Origin: Folioceros fuciformis | Taxonomy: Eukaryota | Length of the DNA: 64,000 nucleotides | Direction: 5' to 3' | NCBI GenBank assembly: GCA_049999805.1 | Contig: JBNGIO010006370.1 | Location: 373,212-437,211, forward strand | Shown here: piece after piece, positions 21,042 through 32,201 of the stretch | How the letters are laid out: every line of letters starts with the position of its first letter | How positions within the stretch are numbered: position 1 is the stretch's first letter | The notes under the pieces: model-generated | What the model was told of the DNA's origin: nothing | Seen by the model: only the letters and a program-made list of their open reading frames with translations | Database searches by the model: none | Translations under genes and position numbers: made by a program

Positions 21042-22288
21042 TTTCCTGGGCTTTCCTGTCCAGCTCCCTGAGCCTGAATCAATCGGCAGTGCAACACATC
21101 GGAGGGCGGTTTGAGGACCATGGCTACCGGCCCACTGCAGGAGCACTGCAGTCCCTGAGCCATGCGACAGACATTGCCCATGACAGTTGGCGCTGCTGAA
21201 GTCCCTGCATGCGCCCGCCGACGGCAGTTCCCGCACCAGCTGCTTGATTCCTGTGACTCTCTACAAGCCCACAACCAGAGTCCAATAGATCCTCCTGGCT
21301 GCAATTCCTCGAGCTCCAGTTTTAACTCGGAACTGGGAGAGCACAGACATCAGACTTCAGGATTTGACACAGACAAACAGAGAGGAACGAAATCAGCTCT
21401 CATTGTGCTGCGGTGTACACATCAACTGCCACCCCATCCCATGCCCAGCCTGGCCCGTCATCTGATCTCTCTCCGTGATGGCATTCCGCTAAATTCGCCA
21501 CAGAACGGACGTTATTCCAAGTGTCATACCCTTAGCACGTACAGTAGGTGGCACTTATGCCTTCCTGATTGATGAACTGGGTTCCTGATCTCTTCCTTTC
21601 TCTGAGGGAGTGTGTAAAGTTGATGGCTCGATCTTCCACAGTCTCTCAGTCGGGCTCGAGCCGGTGGAGAACAATGAGCCCGCGTTTCTTCTTCACTGAT
21701 CGGGGCTCAGAGGGACAGGATCATGCTGCTTCTTGCCATCCGTCACAGCGGCAGCAGCTGGGCATGGGGGTTGGCGGTACGTGTGTAGTATTGATCTTTT
21801 GGAGGAGGAATGAGATGAAGTTGTCACGCATTTGGATGTGGGCTTGTTGTTGCAGATAAGGTCGCGGCGAGGGAACAGCTGTGGAAAAGCTTTTTCTCGG
21901 ATCCAAGCCTGTGGTGGGACAATAGACCCCGGAAGGTATACAAGCTTTGATGTTGGATTGGGAGATTGCCACCGTTGCAATGTCGGGCAGCCTGCTGATC
22001 CTCCTCTTTTCAGAATAACCCCAGGTATCCTGATTTCAGACACAAGGAAACAAACGACGTGCTGTGGATTGACAGCCGGTGGAATCCTCGGTGGGTTCAA
22101 GCTAAGATAGATGCAATGCCTGAGGCACATGCGTCGTCATCCCAAGGTGTGAAGGACAGCAGCCACTTGGCTTCCGGAGCAGCTGCGGAGTGTTGGAGGT
22201 AGAAAGGAGGCTAGAATGTGTGATTTCTGAGGCTTCCGGTTCTGCTGAGATTGTTAGCGATGTGTGAAGCCTGAGTTTGCATATGCAG

Positions 22289-25200
22289 GGTGGGCAGGAA
22301 TGTTACCAGGCTATGTGAAGGAGGGCAGTTGAAGGAGGCTGTGCTGGTTTTGGATTCCATGTCTGAAAGGGGCCACTGTTGTCCTACCGATGTCTATGTG
22401 CGTGTTTTGCAGGAATGCATCCGACAGAAGGCTCTTGCAGAAGGCAAGAAAGTGCACAAACACGTCATCAGGAGTGGTTCGGACATGGACATGTTGGGTA
22501 ATATTCTGATCAGGATGTACGCTAGCTGTGGAAGTCTGGTTGATGCGGAGCAGGTGTTCGACAATATGGCAAAGGGAAGCTTGCCCTCATGGACGCCTCT
22601 CATCAAACCGTTTGTGGATCATGGGTACTTGAACAAGGCTCTTCAGCTCGTCGCAGGACTGGAGAAAATGCGTGGTGCAAAAGCTGACGTCACTTCTACG
22701 TTTCTCCTCATGGTGAATGCCTGTGCTTCCCCAGAAGCCCTCGGGAGAGGGAGGCAAGTTCACGCTCTGCTTGTGGACAGAGGCTTGGAGTTGGATCCTA
22801 CTGTAAGCAGTGCTCTCCTTGCCATGTATGTCAAGGGTGAATGCGTGGAATATGCCCTTGACTTGTTCCGCAAAATCCCTGATCCAAGTTTGTTGTCCTC
22901 GAATACCATCATATCAGGGCTTGAGCAACAGGGCCTTCCAGCACAGGCTCTTGAAGTTTTTAGAAGCATGGTGCACAGAGGCGTTCAGCCTGATTCCTTC
23001 ACACTTCTCAAGGTTCTGCGCTGTGCGCATAGCCTGCAAGATGTACAGGAAGTTCACTCGTGCATCATGTCATCACAATGTGAGACAAACATCTCTGTGA
23101 AGAATTGCTTGTTGGCCAAGTATGCAAAGTGTGATAGACTGGTGTCAGCACGTGAGGTGTTTGACGGAATGTCAAAGCGCAATCTGGTCACTTGGAACAC
23201 CATGATTGGTGCTGTCTCCCAGAGCCGCGGAGGTGCAGACGAAGCTTTGGCGCTGTTCACAAGAATGTGTGAGGAAGGCACGAGCCCAGATGCAACGACC
23301 TTTGTCTGTTTGCTCAGTGCCTGTTGTGGCTCAGCAGATGTGGAGATGGGTGAGAAGATTCACGATCTCATCAAGAGGCACGGATGTGAAGCAGACACTT
23401 TCGTGGGAAATGCTCTCGTAACCATGTACTCCAAGTGCAGCAGCATATGTGCTGCCCGCGAAGTCTTCGATAACATGAAGGTGCGCAATGTAGTATCTTG
23501 GAATGCCATGATAGCTGCCTATGCCCAACATGGGTTCGGTGAGGACGCACTGGAGCTCTTTGACATGTTGCAGAAATCTGGAATCAGGCCAAACCAAGTC
23601 AGCTGTATTTGTGCCTTGAATGCCTGTGCTGCCATCAAGGCCCTGGAAAAGGGCAGGGACATTCACCAGGTGGTACTCAGATGTGGATACCAGTTGGACG
23701 AGTTCGTGCAGAACAGCTTGGTCGACATGTACGCCAAGTGTGGCAGCATACAGGATGCATGCCATCTGTTCGATGCCAGTTGCAAGCGAAGTGTTGTCCT
23801 CTACACTGCCATGATGAAAGGTCTGTGTCAACAAGGGCTGTTCCTCGAAGCAGTCGACCTGTTTCAGCAAATGCATGAGGAAGGAGTTGAACCCGACAAG
23901 GTGACATTTGTGTGTCTCCTGAACGCGTGTGCCAGTCTGGGAGCTCTGGAGTTCGGCAGGCAGGTGCACTCCCGGATCAGGATGAGTGGGCTGGACAAGG
24001 ACCTGTATGTGGGCACCTGCCTGGTGCACATGTATGCGAAATGCGGGAGCACCGATCTTGCCCGGCAGGAATTCGACAAGCTCCCGAAGCACGATGTGGT
24101 TTCCTGGTGCGCCATGATCAACGGCTACATCCAGGGAGGAAATGCTCCAGCAGCATTACAGCTTTTCCATCTCATGCACGAGCAGGGCGTGGTGGCAGGT
24201 GCTGTCATGTGCACGTCTGTCCTGAACGTGTGCGGCAGCGCTGCTGCCCTGGAAGACGGCCGGCGAGTCCATGCAGATGTGGTGAGATGGGGCCTGGAGT
24301 TGGATCCCCTGGTAGGGCCAGCTCTGGTGGACATGTACGTCAAGTGTGGAGCCACGGGCGATGCACGCCGGGTCCTGGACGTGCTGCCAAAGCGTGACGT
24401 GGTTTCCTTCAGTGCCATGATCAAAGGGTACGCAGAAGATGGGCAGCCTCATGAGGCGTTGCAGCTGTTGCCCCAGATGCTACAAGAGGATGTGAAGCCA
24501 AATGCCGTGACCTTCGTGTCCTTGCTCGCTGCGTGTGCGAGCGTGCCTGCTCTGGAAGAGGGCAGGAAGGTGCACGACCTCGTCGTCCAAAGCGAGCTGG
24601 AGACAGACGTGTTCGTGGCCACTGCGCTTGTGGACATGTACGCCAAGGCTGGAAGCTTGGAGGATGCGTGCCAGGTGTTTGGCAAGCTCCGTGAGCGGGA
24701 CACTGCGACGTGGAATGCCATGATCTTAGCATTTGCGCAGCACGGCCGCGGAACCGAGGCCCTCGGACTTCTGCAGCAAATGGTGGAGGAGAACGTGAAG
24801 CTGGATCGCATCACATGGATCAACATCTTGACAGCCTGCAGCCACAAGGGCCTGGTGGACGAGGGCCTGGAGGTCTTCCGATCGATGGTGGAAGAACATG
24901 GTCTGGTGCCGGAGGACGTGCACTACGGCTGCGTCGTGGACATGTTCAGCCGAGCTGGACGACTGGATGATGCAGAAGCCTTCATCGCTGGGCTGCCTTC
25001 CCCGCCGGGCGTCTGCGTCTGGACGTCTCTGCTCGGTGCCTGTAGAATCCACGGCGATGCAGAGCTCGCTCAGCGAGCTGCTGAGCGCATCTTGGAGCTC
25101 GACCCGGAAGATGCCTCTGCATATGTGCTCATTGCCAAATTCTATTCTGAGGCCGGAAGGTGGGGTGACGGGATTGAAATCCGGAGGTTGATGAAGGACA

Positions 25201-25382
25201 GGGAAGTGAAGAAGCTTCCCGGGTGGAGTCGCATTCAAGTGGACTCTCACACACACACTTTCCTGGCCAAGGACATTTCCCATCCCAATATTCGCGAAAT
25301 ACATGCAGAGATTGCAAGGTTGTTACAAGAAATAGAATCAGATGCTGAATCATCAAACTTCACTACTGATGGTACAGGCTAA
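22289..25382 (+). CDS. Long PLS-class PPR protein, E+ type (PG box, no catalytic DYW); upstream exon/start not resolved
   Basis: 1030-aa ORF of PLS repeats ending KKLPGWSRIQVDSHTHTF..DISHP. The ORF is preceded by an acceptor-like TTTGCATATGCAG ending at 22288. Confidence 0.92.
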
Positions 25383-25432
25383 GAGCTATAGCCTCAACAC
25401 CTAACAAGGCTGCACAAAAATTGGCCCTTCTG

Positions 25433-27023
25433 TCACCTTTGCGTTGCTTCCTGTAGCCTGACGTTCCGGGGCAAGAGAAACTGCACGAATACAGGGAAAT
25501 GATCTGACGGGTAGCGTCCCTGGACGTGATCGTCCACCACCTCGCAGTGCACCGGGTTCAGAGACCGCCCCCTAAATAGGATCCAGTCATGGTGCAACTC
25601 CTGGTTCACCCGCTCCCAGCACAAAAACACAACCCTGAAGACTGCCTTCATCACATCCACCACTGACCTCCTCGTTCCTGCATCCAGCGAGCCACCCTAA
25701 GCACACCAAAAAAGGTAGACGCCGCTACACTGGACTGCAGTCCTCAGGAGATGTATCTCTGCACCTTTAAATCCATGATAAGTGTAGGACAAATGCGCGT
25801 TCTGGCGATGGCGAGCGGCAGCCCAGGCATCCCTCATGTCCCCAGCCAACCCCTGTTCCCTGCAGCGCAACACAAAGTGAGAGAGCAGAAGAGCAGAAAG
25901 ACGGAAGAACCTGTGAAACCAGCTCGCACCTGGAAAAGCCGAGGAGGAAACGGCCGGGCCGCGATGCCTTGTCCGCACAGAAGTCTCCGCAGAAGATGAC
26001 CGGCACAGAGGGAGGCAGCGTCTCGATATGCTGCCAGGCCAAACACGCCCCGCGCAACCGAGCTCGGCTATTAGTGCAGTCCAGGTGAGTGTTAAGGACC
26101 TGGAAGCAGAAGCCGGGAAGCTCCACGCCTTTGATGAGAAACGTGTGCCAAGCTCATGTGTCAAGGGCAAACCAACATCACCAGCAAATTAAAGCGTTCC
26201 TCGCAAGATCAGTCAAATGCAAACAGCGATCCCGGCGGAGGATATCACCCAGGTGACGATGGTCGGCACCTTGGAACCCCAAGCCCTACTCCCCGGATCG
26301 GACGGGGAGTCGGACAGCCAGAACGTTCCACCCTCCATCTTCTCCACCTTGTCTGCGTCGTACAGGATAGAGCAGTGCTGATCGACGGGGTCGCCAGGCC
26401 CGTTTCTCGGATTCCCAAACTGCTCGTAACCTGGCTTGGCCAACATCCATCCCCAAGAACCGTGGACACGACCGTGAGCTAACGCCGAGATTCGCAACGT
26501 TCACGCACTTCACAGAAATCCGGGCTACGATTCCTCAGAATTTCTTGACACACAATTGACACAAATCCCCGCTCCAAACCCTCCGACAGAATCGACAAAA
26601 TTGAGAAGCGGGCCGGGATTGCGTCACAAACCAGACAAGCCCTGCTCCAAATCCTCCAGCTGCGACTTGAGACCTAAGGAACAGAGAAGTTTTTCTCATT
26701 GGTGTCGATTAAGATGAGAAGAGGATACATGAGCGAGCGTGGTACAAACTGTGTGGACTAGTCTAAATCCAACGCCAATTCTCCAGCCCCTTACTCGAGC
26801 TGGGTCAGCAACCCAACCACAAGACAACCCAATCTTACAAAAGAGAAGTGCGGCATCAACACACGAGCTAAGCGAGGCTACCTTCCTGTGTGCACACAAT
26901 CACCGGCGAGTACTTCTTGATGACGTCAATGCACACATGCTTCCTGAGGTGCCAGGCATTGGCGCCGTCGGGCAAGCCGTCCCTGCGCAGATTCAAGGTC
27001 ATCACAGTGAGCGAGATGTTCAT
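25433..27023 (-). CDS. Endonuclease/exonuclease/phosphatase (DNase I-like, EEP) family protein, multi-exon
   Basis: Exon pieces MNISLTVMTLNL, CTQEG, GGTFWLSDSP, VLNTHLD, FCGDF, DWILFRG and YPSDHFPV. Confidence 0.88.
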
Positions 27024-27680
27024 GTTGCCTCCTGCACGAACAACCTCATCAGCCAGTCCTCTAATGAAACGCACGCACCACTGGTAACTCGGGTCTCATC
27101 GTGCCTTGCCGGCGACAAGGACATGGGAGCGCCTCCGTAGTCGACAGCGCACCCGTGCCGTCATCACAACGCCGTGCCATAGGGGAAGCTTTTTTTTTTT
27201 TTTTTGGAGTACTCAACAGTCGGCCCTCTGCCAACAGACTAACTACGACTAAGCCAAATTGTATGCACGCACTTACAGACCTTGACAGGAGCCTTTACCC
27301 TTGCCTAACACGCAGTACTGTACTTCGTAGACTTTACCAACAAACTTGGTCGTCAAAAACTCAAACGCGAATCTGCTGGGAACTCGGGCTGGTGGACTTG
27401 AGAACCACTGATGGAGGGGTCGATAATCGAGCTTGCCCTTCCCAACACCTGTCTGCGTACATACGAAAATCCACCCCACAATCCTCACGCTGCAAACCCC
27501 CCTGATTAGCTGATGGAATTATGGTAATAAAATTAGGTCATGACCCCGTCCTGTCCATCTCCAAGCCGGCGTTACTACTTACAAAGCTCGTTTGGCAGCC
27601 TTGTGCGGTACAGGATGGTGTCCGTCGGTGTCCTATCCGTAGTAGGTACTATCTCGCCAGGCTCTAGACCAGGATAGTTT

Positions 27681-28737
27681 TTAGTCGGAAGATGCCTGTG
27701 CAACCTGAAGCACGGGAGTCAAGACACGACAAACGTATCACATGCGCAAAGGGTTCAACCACACGCACAGCATCCTAAACTGACCTGGAGGAGAGCGGGG
27801 TCAGAGCGGGCCAAGTCGACAGCGGTGCGGCCATCCTGGAGGGCAGCAGTTGAACGGGCCCCCTTGGCGAGTAACAGGCGCGCCACTTCCGCCTGGCCCC
27901 GAACTAAGGCCAGATGCAGCGGAGTCCAGCCTCGGCTATTGCAGGAGCTGGGTTCCGCGCCCTTAGCCAGCAGCAGCTCCACCATGAGGCACTCCCCCAT
28001 AGAAGCGGCATCGTGCAGGGCGGTGTTGCCTAGAGCGTTCTTGATCTCCAGATTTGCCCCGAATTCCAGCAGCACTTGCACCAGCTCCGCCCTGCCTGAG
28101 GCCACCGCCAGGTGCATGGCAGTGCGCCCCTGCCCGTCCTTACCGTTCAGCGCCTCCCCGTCCACATCCCTATCGAGGACCTGCGCATTCCCAAGTCTGT
28201 TCAATCTGTCTGTCTGCTGCATCTGCTTAAACTTTAAGGAACGGAAAGGCAGGGAGGGGGAGAGGTGCGTCACAGGATTCTTCTCACCTCTCTCACCAGC
28301 TCTAAGGCGTGCTTCGTGTCCTGCGACACCAGGGTGCGCAAGATGACGCCGCCCACAAACACGACACGCACGTGCCCATCTGCAAACACTTGCTTCTTGC
28401 CGGGGGAAAACCAGTCCGGGGAGACCGACCGGTTGGGCGGCAGACCCCCTGGCACCACCACGCTGTTCACCATGAACTTGTCCTCGCTGATGGGATATCC
28501 GGACTCCGGCAGCGTCTTCAGGGCGTACATCACCACGTCCAGTGTCAGGGAGCCCAGGGGAGGGATGATGCCTGTTGAAGGCTTCACGCTGTAAGCCCTT
28601 GGCGCCGTGCTTTCGACCTTGAAAGCCACTGGCATGGTGTGCATCACATTACGAATGCGGAATACTCCGGTTGACTTCCTACCCAACTCAAACCATATCG
28701 TCAACTCCTTGGGATCCACAACCAACAGTCGGTCCAT
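27681..28737 (-). CDS. VPY: VAPYRIN-family protein (MSP/VAP domain + about 4 ankyrin repeats), about 289 aa; exons approx 28737-28288, 28180-27785, 27704-27681
   Basis: Start MDRLLVVDPKE, the VAPYRIN-type NVMHTMPVAF...KPSTGIIPPL, and ankyrin motifs GRTAMHLA, GNTALHDA, GWTPLHLA, GRTAVDLA. GT-AG introns in phase 0. Confidence 0.8.
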
Positions 28738-29598
28738 CTGTGCACACCACCTAGCTGGGATCCTCAACTAGCACCTGGTCCATCCCTCCACCTCCTACGC
28801 TGTTCTTGACATCTAGGACGACAACGTTGTTCTCGTCACAGCATCAATGCTGCCAGCCGTACTAATTCAAAGATACCGTACTTTTCCTGATGTTACAGCA
28901 CGCAAACTGGATGCCTCGCAAAAGATTTCTTCCTCAAACACTCCCAGCTGTGTCGCACATCGCCTTGCGACTCATTGAAAGAGTCCCGACTCCCCCCCTC
29001 AATCTGCACCCCAATCCATCAACCATCAGGAGGAACGTCCTCCAAGAGATTGAATGACAAGCACGCTCAAGAGCGATATCCAGACGGCTGCGGAAGGTGT
29101 CAGGAAGATCTCCAAGAAATACAGGAGTCACCGATGAACAGAGAATCTGCCCACGGAACTGAAGCAGACCCCGAACAGACAGATAGCCTCCAGCGCAAGG
29201 CAAGCTGTGAAAGCAACTGACTAGTGAATATCCGCCTGATGCCCAAGATGTGGGATGGAAGGGATGTCTCACAGTGCATCCCGAAAGCAACAAAGAATGA
29301 GTTAGCCAGAAATAGTCGGCTTCCGAACCTACCGGCGTCGGATTCCTCACATGGCGTCACGTCTGGAGTCTTACACCGACCGACATCCAGCCAGTATCTT
29401 CCGGTGGGCATCTCCCTCCACACTTCTGCTGTTCTCCTTAGTTCAACAATCCGGTATAGGGTAATGGTAACGTGCTTGACAGGCACCCAAGCAAGACGGG
29501 ACTCCCTCCGTCTTGGGTCACCTTGCCTTCAAAAAATATTCATAACCGATGAGGTCAGTTGGACGCCACAGATTCCCTTCTCTCTTGAATGGACCTGG

Positions 29599-31273
29599 TC
29601 AATTTTTCTTCTGCCGTTTGCTGAAGTTGGGAGAACGAGACCGGGCTGTTCGAGCAAAGCACATAAACAGATTCTGATAAGCTTCTCGTAGCAAACTACA
29701 ACCTCGCACCACATCCCCATTCAGACAGTTCGGCCGATCCGGGTTCATGTTGGGACCGACCACATGAATCACATGCGTAACACCTTCATCCCGACGCAGC
29801 GGAGACGATAATGACAGAACAACAGTTAGGGCTTTTCCTGGACCAAGTGTCTTGGCCATCTGCTTCGTCGCGGTATCCAGCTCCTTGCCAGCCGCTTTGT
29901 ATATTGCAGCGTTGACGCCCCCACCGCCTGGTGACAAGCGCCTGCAACAGTCCCACTCCGAATCATAAGGGAGGAACAATATGGGATATCGAAGAAGCTA
30001 GACATCACGATATGAGCCGAAATTCACCAGTTTGCAGCATTTGCTATCACTGTGCATCGAATCCCTCCCTTGGACTTCAACTTGGTGATGTCACCAACAA
30101 ACGTGGAGAACCCTGCCTTGTCCAATCCCATCTCCGCTGCCTTCACCCGGACACGTGCGAGCATGTCAGAGCTGGGTGAGACATCCACAAGCACAAGCTT
30201 CAGCCCTTTGTTATCAGCCTGACCGAGAAATTCGGACACCGTCTCCACAATCACTTCTGCGGCTCGGGCATGATCGAATTTAAAGTCACCCGTAGACAGC
30301 GACGGGAAGGCCAATGCCTCCGCCGCATCTGCTGCACGCCCGGAGCTCTCACCTTCCCCCGTACTGCAACTACTAACCTCCCTCTCCGCGACCCTCTTCT
30401 GGAAGAAGGCCAGGAGCTTCTTCTGTCCAGGTGCGGTGGCGGCCTGCTTCTTCACCGGCGGTAAAGGGACTGTACCAAATACTCCCAAAGGCAGACAACC
30501 AGCAGAGTCGAGCTGACTGTACAGAGACAAAACATCCGCTACCTCACCATCCGTTGAACAAAACGTCACCCGGACGAATCCTTCAGCGCTATCAGGGTAC
30601 TCCTGCCCCTTGGCCATCCTATATACCACCGGTGCTGCAGTAGGACCTTTCAAGCCTCCCTCATGTGCAACCCGATTCATGGCACGCTCCACGCAAACCT
30701 TCGCTGGGTAGCTCAGCACCACGGCATGTATCTCTGCACCCGCTTTCCTAGCAAGATCCACGAATTCCACTCGCTGCTTCTTGTCAATATTGCACCTATC
30801 CACCACAACACTGGATCCTTGAGACAAGGCTTTTGCCGTCTGCGTAAGACACTGCTCTTTGGTTCCAGGCTTCCCTGCTGGAGTTGCTTCACCTCCATCC
30901 ACACCCCGGCCACGTTTCCTAGTGGATATCACATCCTGAACACATCCAAAATCCCATTAACCGCAGCATCCTCACACGCACATCCAAAGTCAGCGTACTA
31001 GCAAAATCCGCACAAGGCTCCCCAGCTTCACAAAAACTACATACGCGAGGCCGATCGGTAACAAACCTGGCAAATCCGCACCCAAGGGCGACATGGCTTT
31101 TCCAGCAGGCCAGAGCAGAACGTGNNNNNNNNNNNNNNNNNNNNNNNNNNNNNNNNNNNNNNNNNNNNNNNNNNNNNNNNNNNNNNNNNNNNNNNNNNNN
31201 NNNNNNNNNNNNNNNNNNNNNNNNTCAGGAGAACCAATTTCCCAGGCTCGCGGCCTGCTGCATCTTCCGCCAT
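29599..31273 (-). CDS. P-loop kinase-like + Macro domain protein, homologous to the N-terminal part of plant aprataxin (APTX/bHLH140-type); Walker A falls in the N gap
   Basis: MAEDAAGREPGKLVLL[gap]TFC..RPWVRICQD, VVVDRCN..QR, R..HEGGL, LAFPSLSTGDFKFD, GDIT, IANAANW, GGGGVNAAI, VIHVVGPNMNP; stop after KRQKKN. Confidence 0.85.
31125..31224. other. Assembly gap (100 N)
   Basis: Run of N. Confidence 1.
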
Positions 31274-31322
31274 AGCGCCGCAAACTTCCGAAAACCTAAA
31301 ATCATCGCCCGCGCAAGCACAC

Positions 31323-32130
31323 GAGACGTCTCTACTAGACCGCTGCTCTCCGTGGAGGAAGAAGCGCCTTAACGGAGGAAGCCTCCAGAGATATGTTGCG
31401 ATAATGAAGATTGAGAAGCCTTGAAGCCATAGTGAATGGGAGACCCTTTTTTTTATATAAAAATCCTTGTCCGCAGGACCGTTGGCCGAAACGTAAAACT
31501 GAGACCTCTACGAACCTTCTGCCTAAGCATGGAGATGAAACGCTTAGACGAGAAGCGAAAGCCGGAATCACAAGTTTCATGAAAGTCCTAGCGAGCCGAC
31601 TTCCTCTCCTCGGAGGATAGTGGAACACTTGGCCGAAGTGACAGAATATTGAGACGCAGAATGTACGTCTCGCGATGAGGAAGGGCTTGGCCTCAGTGAG
31701 AAAATTGAGACGTCTCGCGATGGGAAACGGCTCGGCCAAGGTGAGAAAATTGAGAGGTCTAACGATGAGGAAAGGCATGGCCAAGGTGAGAACGTTGAGA
31801 TGAAGAAAGGCGTGGCCAAGGTGAGAATGCTGTGACGTCTCTCACGATCCGAAGCGAGGACACCGATATTTGTCGCGCTGCAGAAAGCGCTGGCCGAAGA
31901 GAGGAGTCTAAGAGACCTGCAGCCATGAGGAAACCCTCGGCCGAATTGAGGGAATCGAGACGTCTCAGGATGAGGAGAAAAGGTTGGACGAAGTGATGTT
32001 AGTACGTATTTCCGACTTGGCTCGATGAGGAGAAAGGAAAGGCTTGGCATGGCCGAAGTGGGAAAATGTTGAGACGTCTCCAAATGAAGAAAACCTGGTC
32101 CAGCGGAGAAAACTCTTTTGAGACGTTTCA
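31323..32130. repeat. Degenerate tandem repeat array (units of roughly 45 bp) built around the palindrome GAGACGTCTC, lying between divergent genes
   Basis: Perfect GAGACGTCTC at 31323, 31707, 31957 and 32071 plus several near-copies, often followed by ...GATGAGGAA...TGGCCRA. Confidence 0.75.
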
Positions 32131-32201
32131 TTAAGTCGAGGACGCTAGCCTAAAGACATCAGAGACCAGAAGCAGCAGCAGAGCGCGGCTCTAACGTGAC
32201 G

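Noticed and set aside
28934-29691. Overlapping ORFs as a hidden aprataxin HIT domain
   Set aside because: No HIT or C2HE zinc-finger motif seen in the listed frames.
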